From assembly GCF_003018255.1 (NCBI RefSeq), contig NZ_CP027440.1: a stretch of DNA of 64,000 nucleotides; one strand, written 5' to 3'. This stretch comes from Escherichia coli (GTDB taxonomy: Bacteria; Pseudomonadota; Gammaproteobacteria; Enterobacterales; Enterobacteriaceae). The notes under the pieces were generated by a model. It saw only the letters and a program-made list of their open reading frames with translations. It did no database searches and was not told the origin of the DNA. A program made the translations under genes and the position numbers. Shown here in pieces: positions 1 through 12,440 of this stretch; within the stretch, counting starts at the first letter, position 1, and every line of letters begins with the position of its first letter.

Positions 1-241
1 GATCGTGGTTTATTTGTGTGCGCCAGTATCAGTCCTGGTTAACCGGCTGCAAGCTGCTCCGGAAGAAGATTTACGGCCAACCTTAACGGGGAAACCGCTG
101 AGCGAAGAAGTTCAGGAAGTGCTGGAAGAACGCGATGCGCTTTATCGCGAAGTTGCGCATATTATCATCGACGCAACAAACGAACCCAGCCAGGTGATTT
201 CTGAAATTCGCAGTGCCCTGGCACAGACGATCAATTGTTGA
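1..241 (+). CDS. aroL: Shikimate kinase II, C-terminal part (gene starts upstream of window)
   Basis: Open frame runs off the 5' edge; translated tail ...[30 protein letters not shown] matches the AroL C-terminus; stop at 239-241. Confidence 0.85.
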
Positions 242-281
242 TTTTCGAGCGCCTATACTTAACGTTCATCCCGTGAAATAA

Positions 282-482
<201 letters not shown>

Positions 483-739
483 CCGCATCAGACTGCTCGG
501 AAGGGATTCTGAGTGCCACCACAAGGGATCTGCGTCACATTTTTCACAATTCATGTTTTTCAAATAATTAGAATATTAAACAATAACAATCCATTACTGG
601 AATCATTTGGAATCTTTACATTATGCCGTGCAGGTCTGCTGCTACGCTTTTTGTCATTTGTAGCACAGGTAAGTGTCAGCAGTGGTGCTTAGCGCTTGCC
701 CGGTAATTAACGACGAAATAAAAGTAAGGTGGAAGAACA

Positions 740-1417
740 ATGAGTGCGTCGTTGGCGATCCTGACCATCGGCATTGTACCTATGCAGGAAGTTTTGCCGC
801 TCCTGACAGAATACATTGACGAAGATAATATTTCCCATCATAGCCTGCTGGGGAAGTTAAGCCGCGAAGAAGTGATGGCGGAGTACGCGCCAGAAGCAGG
901 CGAAGACACAATTCTCACATTATTAAATGACAACCAGCTGGCCCATGTTTCGCGTCGTAAAGTGGAACGAGACCTGCAAGGTGTGGTTGAAGTGCTCGAT
1001 AATCAGGGTTACGACGTCATTATATTAATGAGTACAGCAAACATTAGTAGTATGACCGCGCGTAATACGATCTTTCTTGAGCCGTCGCGGATATTGCCAC
1101 CGCTGGTTTCCTCTATTGTTGAAGATCATCAGGTGGGGGTTATCGTTCCGGTTGAGGAGATGCTGCCCGTTCAGACGCAAAAATGGCAAATTTTGCAGAA
1201 ATCGCCGGTATTTTCATTGGGTAACCCCATTCATGATTCAGAACAAAAAATCATTGATGCCGGGAAGGAATTACTGGCAAAAGGGGCTGATGTCATCATG
1301 CTGGATTGTTTAGGATTTCACCAACGTCATCGCGATTTACTGCAAAAACAGCTCGATGTTCCTGTCTTGCTCTCTAACGTATTGATTGCACGGCTGGCTG
1401 CGGAATTACTGGTGTAA
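740..1417 (+). CDS. aroM: AroM family protein (225 aa)
   Basis: 225-aa [25 protein letters not shown]...; matches AroM in sequence, length and position. Confidence 0.9.
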   Translation: MSASLAILTIGIVPMQEVLPLLTEYIDEDNISHHSLLGKLSREEVMAEYAPEAGEDTILTLLNDNQLAHVSRRKVERDLQGVVEVLDNQGYDVIILMSTANISSMTARNTIFLEPSRILPPLVSSIVEDHQVGVIVPVEEMLPVQTQKWQILQKSPVFSLGNPIHDSEQKIIDAGKELLAKGADVIMLDCLGFHQRHRDLLQKQLDVPVLLSNVLIARLAAELLV

Positions 1418-1488
1418 TTTTGCGTGACAGCCAGCGCCTCTGGCCCCTATAGTGAAGTAGATGTTCAACTACCAGACAGGGCCAGTTT

Positions 1489-1773
1489 ATGCTTCAAAGT
1501 AATGAGTACTTTTCAGGCAAAGTGAAATCGATCGGCTTTTCCAGCAGCAGCACTGGTCGCGCCAGCGTGGGTGTTATGGTTGAAGGTGAATACACCTTCA
1601 GCACCGCTGAGCCTGAAGAGATGACGGTAATCAGTGGCGCGCTGAATGTGTTACTGCCTGACGCGACCGACTGGCAAGTGTATGAAGCCGGTTCGGTGTT
1701 TAATGTTCCCGGTCACAGCGAGTTTCATCTGCAAGTTGCCGAACCCACCTCTTATCTGTGCCGCTATCTGTAA
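1489..1773 (+). CDS. ppnP: Pyrimidine/purine nucleoside phosphorylase PpnP (YaiE), 94 aa
   Basis: 94-aa [33 protein letters not shown]...; matches YaiE/PpnP (cupin-like). Confidence 0.9.
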
Positions 1774-1777
1774 TTCC

Positions 1778-1810
1778 TCGCCTTCCCCTTGAACGGGAGG
1801 GCATTTTTCT
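1778..1810 (+). terminator. Candidate rho-independent terminator after ppnP
   Basis: GC-rich imperfect hairpin (ccttcccctt gaac gggagggc) followed by ATTTTTCT directly after the ppnP stop. Confidence 0.4.
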
Positions 1811-1980
1811 GAAATGTCCTCTCTTTAACCCATAATAATATTTCCTTTGCTGGGATTTTTTCGATTTCCGATATATTCATAATTCATCAAGGTTGATATA
1901 AATATCAGCGAAGATCTCCAGATATTGTTGCGGAACTGGCGACGATAAAAGATAAATCAGATGATGAATGGTGGCGTGCA

Positions 1981-2259
1981 TTGCTGCAAAGTCGCAATGA
2001 TCATTTGCGCCAAACGGCATTGCACAACGCACATACCCCGGTGTTGTTAACGACATTGACTGAGTCTCAGGATCGGTCGCTGGCTATTAATAATCCACAG
2101 CTGGCTGCCGATGTGAAAACGGTGTGGCTAAAAGAGGAGCCATCATTACTTTTATTTGTCGATCAACCCGCTCTTTCGCAGTTACGGGATTTAGTGAAAA
2201 CCGGGGCAACGCGGAAAATTCGCAGTGAAGCGCGTCACCGGCTTGAGGAAAAACAATGA
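1981..2259 (+). CDS. Hypothetical small protein at the position of the K-12 ykiA locus; no ATG start, first canonical start is TTG
   Basis: Frame is open from the stop at 1894-1896 to the stop at 2257-2259 with no in-frame ATG or GTG; first TTG at 1981; no obvious Shine-Dalgarno. The ykiA assignment is from memory of the K-12 gene order. Confidence 0.3.
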   Translation: MLQSRNDHLRQTALHNAHTPVLLTTLTESQDRSLAINNPQLAADVKTVWLKEEPSLLLFVDQPALSQLRDLVKTGATRKIRSEARHRLEEKQ

Positions 2260-2364
2260 CACAACGCCCCTGGAGCAAGTTACAGCGTAAAACGCATAAT
2301 ATTGCTGCGCTAAAAATTATTGCCCGCCGTAGCGAATAATTATATGCCTGGTGTAGCTTCGTAC

Positions 2365-2397
2365 GCCGGATAAGACGCGGCAGGCGTCGCATCCGGC
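2365..2397. repeat. REP (repetitive extragenic palindrome) downstream of rdgC
   Basis: gccggataagacgcggcaggcgtcgcatccggc: imperfect palindrome with the canonical GCCGGATAAG...CATCCGGC REP signature. Confidence 0.75.
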
Positions 2398-2416
2398 ATT
2401 AAAGGTAAATCAGCAA

Positions 2417-3328
2417 TTAACGTTGTGCTTCGCCACCTAATCCTTCAATCAGGTTTTGAATTAACGCTGCCAGTTCACCAGTCATCAGGATGAAATCGGC
2501 ATCAAAACGCTGGGCGAAATCTTCACGGTCGATATCTTCGTTTTGATCGCGCAGCTCGTCGCAGAACTTCAGACGCTTGAGCGAACCATCGTCGCACATC
2601 ACAAACTGAATGCGCTGCTGCCAGTCGAGCGCCAGTTTAGTCACCACTTTTCCGGCTTCGATGTGATTGGTGATCTCTTCGCTGGTCAGATCTTGTTTCT
2701 TCGCGCGGATCACTCCACCATCTTCCAGCAGCGATTTCAGCTCGGCTTCATCAAGCAGCTGGAAGCCCTGTGCCGCGCTGCCGGAGCGAACCCATTCGGT
2801 CAGCGTCAGTTCAATCGGGTTTTCCATGCTCAATGGTACAACCGGTAACGACCCCAGGCTTTTACGCAGCAGTGCCAGCGTATCTTCCGCTTTTTTGGCA
2901 CTGGCGCAGTCCACCATAATCAAACCGTTAACCGTGTCGATCCACATCATTGTCTGGCTAAAACGGCTGAAAGCACGCGGTAGCAGAGAGTGCAGCACTT
3001 CGTCTTTCAGCGAATCTTTTTCGGTTTTCTTCAGCTTACGCGCCTGTTCCGCTTCCAGTTTGGCGATTTTCGCTTCCAGCGCCTGTTTAATCACCGGAGA
3101 CGGGAGGATTTTTTCTTCTTTGCGCGCGCAGATAACAATTTGACCATTGGCAACGTGCGTTAACGCATCGCTGTGCGATCCCATCGGAGGAACCCAGCCC
3201 ATCTTCGCCATGTCCTGGCTGCCGCATGGGGTAAATGCCATCGAGGCTAGCTGTTTTTCCATCTCTTCTGCACGCAACGAAATCTCGCGGCTAAGACGGT
3301 AAACCATTAAATTTTTGAACCACAGCAT
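2417..3328 (-). CDS. rdgC: Recombination-associated protein RdgC (303 aa)
   Basis: Track ORF 2417..3400 trimmed to the internal ATG (plus-strand CAT at 3326-3328), giving [28 protein letters not shown]..., the RdgC N-terminus. Confidence 0.93.
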
Positions 3329-3452
3329 GATAATTTCCACGGCCTTGTCGTTAAATTTAGCGGGCATGATAACGAATTGTCGGCGGCCTTGCATTGCCAA
3401 TCCGGTTGTCCGTCTCTACGCTATTGATATTGAAAAAAATAAGGAGAGTACC

Positions 3453-4361
3453 GTGCGTATAGGTATCGATTTAGGCGGCACCAAAACTGAAGTGATTGCA
3501 CTGGGCGATGCAGGGGAGCAGTTGTACCGCCATCGTCTGCCCACGCCGCGTGATGATTACCGGCAGACTATTGAAACGATCGCCACGTTGGTTGATATGG
3601 CGGAGCAGGCGACAGGGCAGCGCGGAACGGTAGGTATGGGCATTCCTGGCTCAATTTCGCCTTACACCGGCGTGGTGAAGAATGCCAATTCAACCTGGCT
3701 CAACGGTCAGCCATTCGATAAAGACTTAAGCGCGAGGTTGCAGCGGGAAGTGCGGCTGGCAAATGACGCCAACTGTCTGGCGGTTTCAGAAGCAGTAGAT
3801 GGCGCGGCAGCGGGAGCGCAGACGGTATTTGCCGTGATTATCGGCACGGGATGCGGCGCGGGCGTGGCATTCAATGGGCGGGCGCATATCGGCGGCAATG
3901 GCACGGCAGGTGAGTGGGGACACAATCCGCTACCGTGGATGGACGAAGACGAACTGCGTTATCGCGAGGAAGTCCCTTGTTATTGCGGTAAACAAGGTTG
4001 TATTGAAACCTTTATTTCGGGCACGGGATTCGCGACGGATTATCATCGTTTGAGCGGACATGCGCTGAAAGGCAGTGAAATTATCCGCCTGGTTGAAGAA
4101 AGCGATCCGGTAGCGGAACTGGCATTGCGTCGCTACGAGCTGCGGCTGGCAAAATCGCTGGCACATGTCGTGAATATTCTCGATCCGGATGTGATTGTCC
4201 TGGGGGGCGGGATGAGCAATGTAGACCGTTTATATCAAACGGTTCCGCAGTTGATTAAACAATTTGTCTTCGGCGGCGAATGTGAAACGCCGGTACGTAA
4301 GGCGAAGCACGGTGATTCCAGCGGCGTACGCGGCGCTGCGTGGTTATGGCCACAAGAGTAA
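3453..4361 (+). CDS. mak: Fructokinase / manno(fructo)kinase Mak, ROK family (302 aa)
   Basis: GTG start at 3453 preceded by AAGGAGAG; product [17 protein letters not shown]... carries the ROK-family sugar kinase motif; track ORF was N-terminally over-extended. Confidence 0.92.
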   Translation: MRIGIDLGGTKTEVIALGDAGEQLYRHRLPTPRDDYRQTIETIATLVDMAEQATGQRGTVGMGIPGSISPYTGVVKNANSTWLNGQPFDKDLSARLQREVRLANDANCLAVSEAVDGAAAGAQTVFAVIIGTGCGAGVAFNGRAHIGGNGTAGEWGHNPLPWMDEDELRYREEVPCYCGKQGCIETFISGTGFATDYHRLSGHALKGSEIIRLVEESDPVAELALRRYELRLAKSLAHVVNILDPDVIVLGGGMSNVDRLYQTVPQLIKQFVFGGECETPVRKAKHGDSSGVRGAAWLWPQE

Positions 4362-4386
4362 AAAAACCAGGCAATTGGTGCATCAT

Positions 4387-4472
4387 GCCTGATGCGACGC
4401 TTGCCGCGTCTTATCAGGCCTACAAAATGAGCAACCCGTAGGCCGGATAAGGTGTTCACGCCGCATCCGGCA
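4387..4472. repeat. BIME: two REP palindromes between the convergent mak and araJ
   Basis: gcctgatgcgacgcttgccgcgtcttatcaggcctac and gtaggccggataaggtgttcacgccgcatccggca; both are canonical REP forms in opposite orientation. Confidence 0.8.
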
Positions 4473-4499
4473 ATAAGCAACGTGCACCGTGACAGTAAT

Positions 4500-5684
4500 C
4501 TACCCCAGTGGTTTCGCCAGCACCGGACTATCCGCCGCTTGCTGGCGCTTATAGCGACCATACAGCAGCAACGACGACATCGCAGCAAACGAAAGCAGGG
4601 CGGCAGGTAGCGCCACGTAATTATATGCCAGCCCCAGCGTCAGCATCATACCACCGCAATATGCGCCGACGGCGCTACCGAGGTTAAACGCTATTTGCCC
4701 ACCTGCGGCACCTAATAACTCTCCGCCTTTGGCATTTTGCAGTAACAATATTTGCAGTGGTGCTGAAAGGGCAAATAATCCCGCGCAACAAATAAATGCA
4801 AAAATAAGCGACGTTGTTTTCATGCCGCCGAAGAAAAAGAGCATCAGCAGTGCCAGCACAATAATAAAGTCAGTTACTGCCGCAATGCGCAGTGGTGAAT
4901 AACGTCCTGAAATCCGGCCACTTAGCACATTCCCCAGCACCATCCCTAGCCCCACTAACATCATAATAAAGGTCATTGCCGTTTCCGAAAAACCGGAAAT
5001 AAACATCATGTATGGCTTTACGTAGCTGAACCAGGCAAATACACCTGCGTTGCCAAACATGGTGGCGGCGAAAATTAACCACGGGGCCGGGCTGCGCAAA
5101 AAGTGAAATTGTTCGCGCAGCTTTCCTTTCGCTTCGTCGCGAATATCCGGCACCCAAAAATAGACCGATGCCATCACCGCAATATTAAAAACAGCGATCA
5201 ATAAAAAGGTGTAACGCCAGCTAAATTCCTGACTTAAATACGTTCCCAGCGGAATGCCCAGCAAATTGGCGACTGTCATCCCGGAAACCATCCCCGCCAC
5301 GGCGGCGGTGACTTTTCCGGGTTTGATAATTTTTGATAACACGATCGCGCCGACGCCAAAAAATGCGCCATGCGGAAAGCCGGATACCAGCCGACCAATG
5401 GCGAGCATCAGGTAAGACGAAGAGAGCGTGAACATGGCGTTGCCAATGACGCACAACGCCACCAGAAACAATAAGATATGTTTGAGTGAGTAGCGGCTGG
5501 AAAAGAGTGCGATGATTGGCGCACCGACCACCACCCCCAGCGCATAATACGAGATCATATGCCCGGCAGCAGGAATCGAAATTCCTACGTTATGCGCCAG
5601 CTCCGTAAGCACGCCCATAATGCCAAATTCGGCCATCCCCAAACCAAACGTGCCCAGAGCCAAAGATAAAATGACTTTTTTCAT
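4500..5684 (-). CDS. araJ: MFS transporter AraJ (394 aa)
   Basis: Trimmed to the internal ATG (CAT at 5682-5684); MKKVILSLALGTFGLGMAEFGIMGV... matches AraJ; multiple hydrophobic spans. Confidence 0.92.
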   Translation of the reverse strand: MKKVILSLALGTFGLGMAEFGIMGVLTELAHNVGISIPAAGHMISYYALGVVVGAPIIALFSSRYSLKHILLFLVALCVIGNAMFTLSSSYLMLAIGRLVSGFPHGAFFGVGAIVLSKIIKPGKVTAAVAGMVSGMTVANLLGIPLGTYLSQEFSWRYTFLLIAVFNIAVMASVYFWVPDIRDEAKGKLREQFHFLRSPAPWLIFAATMFGNAGVFAWFSYVKPYMMFISGFSETAMTFIMMLVGLGMVLGNVLSGRISGRYSPLRIAAVTDFIIVLALLMLFFFGGMKTTSLIFAFICCAGLFALSAPLQILLLQNAKGGELLGAAGGQIAFNLGSAVGAYCGGMMLTLGLAYNYVALPAALLSFAAMSSLLLYGRYKRQQAADSPVLAKPLG

Positions 5685-5809
5685 ACCACCATCACAACCA
5701 CCAGAACGGCTACCAATCACCGTAGCCAATAAAGTGATAGCTTGCAGGATAACGACCAGCAAGGCCAAGAGATAATTCGCCCCTCTGTATTCATTATCCT
5801 GCTGAATAG

Positions 5810-8800
5810 TTATTTCACTGCAAACATACTTTCCAGTTTGCTGTAGCCCAGGCCGTTGATCTTTTTCACTTTGATCTGCACCGGAATACGCTCTTTCATC
5901 GCTTCTACGTGGCTAATCACACCGATGGTTTTGCCGCTGGCGTTCAGGGCATCCAGCGCATCAAGGGCGGTATCCAGCGTTTCGCTATCCAGCGTGCCAA
6001 AACCTTCATCAAGGAACAGCGAGTCAATACGCGTTTTATGGCTGACCAGATCCGAAAGCGCCAGCGCCAGCGCCAGACTGACGAGGAAACTTTCGCCGCC
6101 GGAAAGGGTACGGGTATCGCGTACCGCATCTGCCTGCCAGGTATCAACAACCTCGACTTCCAGCGCCTCGCTGGCTTTGCGCTGTAACAGATAGCGCCCG
6201 TGCAGCCGGGTAAGTTGCTGATTAGCGAGATGGACTAAATTATCCAGCGTCAGCCCCTGGGCAAACTTGCGGAATTTATCGCCCTCTTTGGAACCTATTA
6301 GCGAATTCAGATATCCCCAGTCCTCAACCTGCTGCGTCATTTGGGCAATTTGCTGCATTAAGGTTTGTTGTTGCTGACGGTTATCTGCATCCTGCTTCAG
6401 CTGCTGGCGAATCTCGCCTTGACTCGTGGTGTTTTCACGCAACTTTTGGTGAGTTTGCGCTAGCTCTTGCTGAATCTGCTCCATCGTCACAGTGAGAGAC
6501 AACCCGCCAGGTCGGTGTTGCTGATGCTGTGTCAGCGTTTCTGCTGTCTGAGTGACCAGCGTTTGCGCCTGACGGCGCTGGTTTTCCAGATTCTGCTTGA
6601 GCTGTTCCAGCTGCGTTAGTGTTTGTTCATCCATTAGCGCCGCAAGGAACGCCTGCTGATCGTCAAAGACGCTCGCCTGTAGCGCGGTGTCAAACTGCGC
6701 CTGGGCTTTTTGCAGACTTTGCGCCGCCAGAACATCCTGTTGCTGTAACGTCTGCTGCTGGCTGTGTAATGCGAGACATTGTTCATGAACCTGCCGCCAG
6801 TTTTCCAGCGCCACAGTTTCTTCGCTGTGCGGGAGCTCATCACTTTGCGGCAACGTTTCCAGAATCGGCGTCAGCTGCTGAATACGGTTTTGCAGCGCGG
6901 TTAATTCGTTCTGGCGTTGCTGCCAGCTCTGCGCTTCTTGCTGACGTGTCGCCAACCAGCTCTCTTCTTCATCTTCCTGTGGCAATGTCAGTGCATAACC
7001 CGCCAATGCCGTTAAGAGTTGCTGCTGGCGTTGTTCAATTTGCTGTTGATACTGGATAATTTGCTGATTATGTGCGGCAATCTGCCCTTGTAATTCATGT
7101 CGTTGGCTGAGTAACCGCAGCTGGCGTTCGTGCTCATCTTGTGCATCCAGCCACGGTTGAATATCGTCCTGTGGCTGCAAGGTGATATTGAGGCTGGCCG
7201 TGACGGCTTGCCATTGTTGAGTAAGTGCTTGCTCATCTTGTCGGAGGCTTTGCGCTTCGTTTTCATCGCGCTGAAGCTGCTTCGTTAATGCATCCAGTTG
7301 CCCGCGCAGCGCCGCACCTTCTTCGCCGAGCTTTTTCACTTCTTTTTCCAGCGTTAATAGCCGGGCCTGATTAACACCCGGTTCCAGCGCCTGATACGCC
7401 TCGACCGCTGGATGGCTGGTGGAACCACAAAGTGGACAAGGCTGACCCGCCTGTAACTGCGCGCGCTGGGCTTCCAGCGTTTTGATGCGCGCTTCCTGCT
7501 CGCAAATGGTTTTCACATCGGCAAGTTGCTGCGTCTTTTCTTTATAACGCTGGCGCATTTCGTTAAGTGCGGCATTACGTTGCGTCTGTTCCAGAGTGAC
7601 ATTCTGGATAGTGACCATTAACTGCGCCAGACGTTTTTGTTGGGGAACAATCTGCCCATGCAGCGCGACCAGGCGCTGACGCAGTGGGCGTTGCTCGGCA
7701 TGTTGCGCCAGGGCGCTAGCAACTTCATCGGCGGTTAACGTCAACGTGATCGCCGCAAGCGTATTAAGTTTTTGCTCAGCATGGGTTAACTGTTGCTGCC
7801 ATTGCCGCAGATGCTCGCGATCGCTGGTTTGTTGGGAGAACTGCGCACGCCAACCCGCCAGTTCGTTGTTCCACTGACGGAAGCGGTCGTGTTCCTGTAA
7901 CCAGGTATTCAGGCTTTGTTGCTGCTGCTGTAATTCTGCTGACTGCTTCGCCGCGTGGTGGCGAATGCTCGCGCGAAGCGCCATTGTGCTCTGTAAGCGA
8001 GTATTTACTTCTTCAATCTGCTGGCGAGTATGCGCCAGCGCCGCGCTGTGTTCTGCGATGCGTTCCCAGTGCGGACGAAGATTTCGTGCCGGTTGTGCCA
8101 GACTGAGCGCCGCCAGTTGAGGTTGCGCTTTTTCTTCTTCGGCTAACGCCTGTTGCAAGGCCTGCTGACGGCGGCTGGCTTCTTGCTGCAATTCGTCCAG
8201 ACGCGTTAACCAGTTTAGTGATTGTTGTTCTTGCTGCTGCGCGGTAATTAACTGTTTTTCTTCGTCAGTAAGTACCTGCAAACTCGCTGTCAGCGATTGC
8301 ACTTGTTCCGGCGTGAGCAACGCGACGCCGCTGGCCTGCGCTTGCAGCTTCTCCAGCTCTGTGCGGGCCGATTTGTGCTGCTCAAACACCATCGACGAGA
8401 TTTGTCCGTAGATTTCAGTGCCGGTTAACTCCTCGAGCAATTCCGCGCGTTCTTTGGGTTTGGCATTCAGGAAGGCAGCAAATTGCCCCTGCGAAAGCAG
8501 CATCGAACGGGTGAAGCGCCCGTAATCCAGTCCGGTTAACGTCGCCGTCAGTTCCAGCTTATCTTTCACTTTGTCGGCGAGAATTTTGCCATCGGCGCAG
8601 CGCGCCAGCTCTACGCGTGGCACCTGCAAATTACCGTCGGGCTGGTTACGCGCCCGATTCTGGCTCCAGAACGCACGGTACGCTTCACCTTTGACTTCAA
8701 ACTCCACTTCCGCCAGACATTCGGCGGTATCGCGGGTCATGAGATCATTTTGCGATTGTGAAACGTTAGAAAGGCGCGGAGTTTCGTGATACAGCGCCAG

Positions 8801-8953
8801 ACAAATGGCATCCAGCAGGGTCGTTTTTCCCGCGCCGGTTGGACCGGTAATGGCAAACAGCCCGTTGCTGGCGAACGGCTCGCGGGTGAAATCAATCTTC
8901 CATTCGCCTTTTAATGAGTTCAGGTTTTTCAGGCGCAGGCTGAGAATTTTCAT
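5810..8953 (-). CDS. sbcC: SbcCD nuclease, ATPase subunit SbcC (SMC-like)
   Basis: [22 protein letters not shown]...GPTGAGKTT (Walker A), very long Q/E-rich coiled coil with central CPLCGS zinc hook, C-terminal LSGGE...[11 protein letters not shown] (signature/Walker B). Confidence 0.95.
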   Translation of the reverse strand: MKILSLRLKNLNSLKGEWKIDFTREPFASNGLFAITGPTGAGKTTLLDAICLALYHETPRLSNVSQSQNDLMTRDTAECLAEVEFEVKGEAYRAFWSQNRARNQPDGNLQVPRVELARCADGKILADKVKDKLELTATLTGLDYGRFTRSMLLSQGQFAAFLNAKPKERAELLEELTGTEIYGQISSMVFEQHKSARTELEKLQAQASGVALLTPEQVQSLTASLQVLTDEEKQLITAQQQEQQSLNWLTRLDELQQEASRRQQALQQALAEEEKAQPQLAALSLAQPARNLRPHWERIAEHSAALAHTRQQIEEVNTRLQSTMALRASIRHHAAKQSAELQQQQQSLNTWLQEHDRFRQWNNELAGWRAQFSQQTSDREHLRQWQQQLTHAEQKLNTLAAITLTLTADEVASALAQHAEQRPLRQRLVALHGQIVPQQKRLAQLMVTIQNVTLEQTQRNAALNEMRQRYKEKTQQLADVKTICEQEARIKTLEAQRAQLQAGQPCPLCGSTSHPAVEAYQALEPGVNQARLLTLEKEVKKLGEEGAALRGQLDALTKQLQRDENEAQSLRQDEQALTQQWQAVTASLNITLQPQDDIQPWLDAQDEHERQLRLLSQRHELQGQIAAHNQQIIQYQQQIEQRQQQLLTALAGYALTLPQEDEEESWLATRQQEAQSWQQRQNELTALQNRIQQLTPILETLPQSDELPHSEETVALENWRQVHEQCLALHSQQQTLQQQDVLAAQSLQKAQAQFDTALQASVFDDQQAFLAALMDEQTLTQLEQLKQNLENQRRQAQTLVTQTAETLTQHQQHRPGGLSLTVTMEQIQQELAQTHQKLRENTTSQGEIRQQLKQDADNRQQQQTLMQQIAQMTQQVEDWGYLNSLIGSKEGDKFRKFAQGLTLDNLVHLANQQLTRLHGRYLLQRKASEALEVEVVDTWQADAVRDTRTLSGGESFLVSLALALALSDLVSHKTRIDSLFLDEGFGTLDSETLDTALDALDALNASGKTIGVISHVEAMKERIPVQIKVKKINGLGYSKLESMFAVK

Positions 8954-10152
8954 GCTTCGTGTTCTCCTGCGAGGGTATGCAACGTTGTGGCGAAAAGATG
9001 CTGCAGACGTTGCTGCTGCGATTCATCCAGTTCTTCCAGTGCCAGACGGCGATTGAACACCTCTTCGACGCTGAGTTCGCTGAGGGTTTCACGCTGTTGG
9101 CTGGCTAACACACGCTCGCGCTGTTCACGACTCCGGCGTACCAGCAATACTTCGACAGGCAATGATTCGGTTAATGCCTGGATTTTGCGCTGAATATCAT
9201 GCAGATACTCATCAGTAGTGATTTCGATATCCAGCCAGACAGGTGGCTCCTGTGATACATCGCGCCACTGTTCCAGCTGTTCGGTAATCGACGCCAGATC
9301 GCCTTTCAGCACCGCCATGGGTTGCGTTACCGGTACGTTCAGGTTTTCCACGCTCTCTAATTTGCCGTTTGAAAATGTCACCAGATGGACATATTTACTC
9401 TTACCGCATTCATCAAAACTCAGTGGAATGGGGGAACCGCAATATCGAACATGTTCCATGCCGCCAATAATCTGTGCACGGTGAATATGCCCGAGCGCGA
9501 TGTAGTCGGCTGGTGGAAAGTTTTGTGCCGGAAACGCGTCCAGCGTGCCAATATAGATGTCACGCACGGCATCACTTTTACTGGCACCCACAGTTGTTAA
9601 ATGTCCCGTGGCGATGATGGGCAGAGGCTGATCGCCGCGCAGTTTGCAGGCATCGGCATAGTGTTGTTGATAATAATCAGTAATAGCCGCCAGCAAATGC
9701 TGCTGTTTTTCAATACCGTTAAGCCCCGCCTGGCTGGTAATAATGTCACGTGGGCGTAAAAACGGAATGGGGCACAGTACTGCGCCTGGTGTCCCGTCGC
9801 GACGAGGCAAGATTTGCGGCGCATGTCCGGCGCTGGCGACCACGGTTGTATTGAGGAACGCCATGATATCGCGCGATTCATTCAGCGTGGCGACCGAGTC
9901 ATGGTTTCCTGCCAGTACCACCAGATGACAGCCAGTTTGCTGTAAATTGACAACAAAACGGTTGTATAACGTGCGGGCGTAACTGGGCGGCGAGCCGGTA
10001 TCGAAAACATCACCGGCAACAATAATCGCATCCACCTGATGGGCTTGTGCTGTCTCCAGCAGCCAGTCAAGAAAAGCCTGATGTTCGGTTTCGCGGCTTT
10101 TACTGTAGAAGTTCTGGCCGAGATGCCAGTCTGAGGTGTGAAGGATGCGCAT
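8950..10152 (-). CDS. sbcD: SbcCD nuclease, Mre11-like phosphoesterase subunit SbcD (400 aa)
   Basis: Trimmed to [16 protein letters not shown]... (calcineurin-like phosphoesterase motifs DWHLG, GNHD); stop overlaps the sbcC start (ATGA). Confidence 0.95.
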   Translation of the reverse strand: MRILHTSDWHLGQNFYSKSRETEHQAFLDWLLETAQAHQVDAIIVAGDVFDTGSPPSYARTLYNRFVVNLQQTGCHLVVLAGNHDSVATLNESRDIMAFLNTTVVASAGHAPQILPRRDGTPGAVLCPIPFLRPRDIITSQAGLNGIEKQQHLLAAITDYYQQHYADACKLRGDQPLPIIATGHLTTVGASKSDAVRDIYIGTLDAFPAQNFPPADYIALGHIHRAQIIGGMEHVRYCGSPIPLSFDECGKSKYVHLVTFSNGKLESVENLNVPVTQPMAVLKGDLASITEQLEQWRDVSQEPPVWLDIEITTDEYLHDIQRKIQALTESLPVEVLLVRRSREQRERVLASQQRETLSELSVEEVFNRRLALEELDESQQQRLQHLFATTLHTLAGEHEA

Positions 10153-10261
10153 AACGGTTCCCTGGCGAAAAAGCATGGGCGCGATTATACCCAAACAGAT
10201 GTGCCATTTGCTTTTTTCTGCGCCACGGAAATCAATAACCTGAAGATATGTGCGACGAGCT

Positions 10262-10300
10262 TTTCATAAATCTGTCATAAATCTGACGCATAATGACGTC
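10262..10300 (+). promoter_or_regulatory. Pho box (PhoB binding sites) in the phoB promoter
   Basis: TTTTCATAAATCTGTCATAAATCTGACGCATAATGACGTC: tandem 7-bp CTGTCAT-like repeats at 11-bp periodicity about 40-80 bp upstream of the phoB ATG. Confidence 0.7.
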
Positions 10301-10341
10301 GCATTAATGATCGCAACCTATTTATTACAACAGGGCAAATC

Positions 10342-11031
10342 ATGGCGAGACGTATTCTGGTCGTAGAAGATGAAGCTCCAATTCGCGAAATGGTCTGCTT
10401 CGTGCTCGAACAAAATGGCTTTCAGCCGGTCGAAGCGGAAGATTATGACAGTGCTGTGAATCAACTGAATGAACCCTGGCCGGATTTAATTCTCCTTGAC
10501 TGGATGTTACCTGGCGGCTCCGGTATCCAGTTCATCAAACACCTCAAGCGCGAGTCGATGACCCGGGATATTCCAGTGGTGATGTTGACCGCCAGAGGGG
10601 AAGAAGAAGATCGCGTGCGCGGCCTTGAAACCGGTGCGGATGACTATATCACCAAGCCGTTTTCTCCGAAGGAGCTGGTGGCGCGAATCAAAGCGGTAAT
10701 GCGCCGTATTTCGCCAATGGCGGTGGAAGAGGTGATCGAGATGCAGGGGCTAAGCCTCGACCCGACATCTCACCGGGTGATGGCGGGCGAAGAGCCACTG
10801 GAGATGGGGCCGACAGAATTTAAACTGCTGCACTTTTTTATGACACATCCTGAGCGCGTGTACAGCCGCGAGCAGCTGTTAAACCACGTCTGGGGAACTA
10901 ACGTGTATGTGGAAGATCGTACGGTCGATGTCCACATTCGTCGCCTGCGTAAAGCACTGGAGCCCGGCGGGCATGACCGCATGGTGCAGACCGTGCGCGG
11001 TACAGGGTATCGTTTTTCAACCCGCTTTTAA
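10342..11031 (+). CDS. phoB: Phosphate regulon response regulator PhoB (229 aa)
   Basis: [27 protein letters not shown]... receiver domain plus winged-helix OmpR-type C-terminus; exact PhoB length. Confidence 0.96.
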
Positions 11032-11088
11032 GGCCTTGCTCATCGGACGTAGAGCAGGGCTTATGATTTCTTAACTGGAGTATCTTAC

Positions 11089-12384
11089 GTGCTGGAACGG
11101 CTGTCGTGGAAAAGGCTGGTGCTGGAGCTGCTACTTTGCTGCCTCCCGGCTTTCATCCTGGGTGCATTTTTTGGTTACCTGCCCTGGTTTTTGCTGGCAT
11201 CGGTAACAGGACTGCTTATCTGGCATTTCTGGAATTTATTGCGCCTTTCATGGTGGCTGTGGGTGGATCGTAGTATGACCCCGCCACCGGGGCGTGGTAG
11301 CTGGGAACCGCTACTATACGGCTTACACCAGATGCAGCTGCGAAATAAAAAACGCCGCCGTGAACTGGGCAATCTGATTAAACGCTTTCGTAGCGGCGCG
11401 GAGTCGCTGCCCGACGCGGTGGTGCTGACCACGGAAGAGGGCGGTATTTTCTGGTGTAACGGTCTGGCGCAACAAATTCTTGGTTTGCGCTGGCCGGAAG
11501 ATAACGGGCAGAACATCCTTAACCTGCTGCGTTACCCGGAGTTTACGCAATATCTGAAAACGCGTGATTTTTCTCGCCCGCTTAATCTGGTGCTCAACAC
11601 CGGGCGGCATCTGGAAATTCGCGTTATGCCTTATACCCACAAACAGTTGCTGATGGTGGCGCGTGATGTCACGCAAATGCATCAACTGGAAGGGGCGCGT
11701 CGCAACTTTTTTGCCAACGTGAGCCATGAGTTACGTACGCCATTGACCGTGTTACAGGGTTACCTGGAGATGATGGATGAGCAGCCGCTGGAAGGCGCGG
11801 TACGCGAAAAAGCGTTGCACACCATGCGCGAGCAGACCCAGCGGATGGAAGGGCTGGTGAAGCAATTGCTGACGCTGTCGAAAATAGAAGCCGCACCGAC
11901 GCAGTTGCTCAATGAAAAGGTTGATGTGCCGATGATGCTGCGCGTTGTTGAGCGCGAGGCTCAGACTCTGAGTCAGAAAAAACAGACATTTACCTTTGAG
12001 ATAGATAACGGCCTCAAGGTGTCTGGCAACGAAGATCAGCTACGCAGTGCGATTTCGAACCTGGTCTATAACGCCGTAAATCATACGCCGGAAGGCACGC
12101 ATATCACCGTACGCTGGCAGCGAGTGCCGCACGGTGCCGAATTTAGCGTTGAAGATAATGGACCGGGCATCGCACCGGAGCATATTCCGCGCCTGACCGA
12201 GCGTTTTTATCGCGTTGATAAAGCGCGTTCCCGGCAAACCGGCGGTAGCGGATTAGGGTTAGCGATCGTGAAACATGCGGTGAATCATCACGAAAGTCGC
12301 CTGCATATTGAGAGTACAGTAGGAAAAGGAACACGTTTCAGTTTTGTTATCCCGGAACGTTTAATTGCCAAAAACAGCGATTAA
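11089..12384 (+). CDS. phoR: Phosphate regulon sensor histidine kinase PhoR (431 aa)
   Basis: N-terminal membrane segment, H-box [14 protein letters not shown], ATPase G-boxes DNGPGI / [10 protein letters not shown]. Confidence 0.96.
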   Translation: MLERLSWKRLVLELLLCCLPAFILGAFFGYLPWFLLASVTGLLIWHFWNLLRLSWWLWVDRSMTPPPGRGSWEPLLYGLHQMQLRNKKRRRELGNLIKRFRSGAESLPDAVVLTTEEGGIFWCNGLAQQILGLRWPEDNGQNILNLLRYPEFTQYLKTRDFSRPLNLVLNTGRHLEIRVMPYTHKQLLMVARDVTQMHQLEGARRNFFANVSHELRTPLTVLQGYLEMMDEQPLEGAVREKALHTMREQTQRMEGLVKQLLTLSKIEAAPTQLLNEKVDVPMMLRVVEREAQTLSQKKQTFTFEIDNGLKVSGNEDQLRSAISNLVYNAVNHTPEGTHITVRWQRVPHGAEFSVEDNGPGIAPEHIPRLTERFYRVDKARSRQTGGSGLGLAIVKHAVNHHESRLHIESTVGKGTRFSFVIPERLIAKNSD

Positions 12385-12409
12385 TCCGCCTTTGTCATCT
12401 TTTATTGCC

Positions 12410-12440
12410 ATAAGCCAGCCGATGCTGGCTTATTTTCTTT
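12410..12440 (+). terminator. Rho-independent terminator after phoR
   Basis: Hairpin aagccagc-cgat-gctggctt followed by ATTTTCTTT. Confidence 0.6.

Noticed and set aside
2667-3143. Serine-rich 158-aa plus-strand ORF ([13 protein letters not shown]) inside rdgC
   Set aside because: Low-complexity antisense frame of rdgC; no start context.
10262-10300. Short tandem repeats upstream of phoB considered as a possible CRISPR-like or mobile-element repeat
   Set aside because: They are 7-bp Pho-box repeats at 11-bp spacing, not 25-40 bp repeats with unique spacers; no CRISPR array exists in the window.
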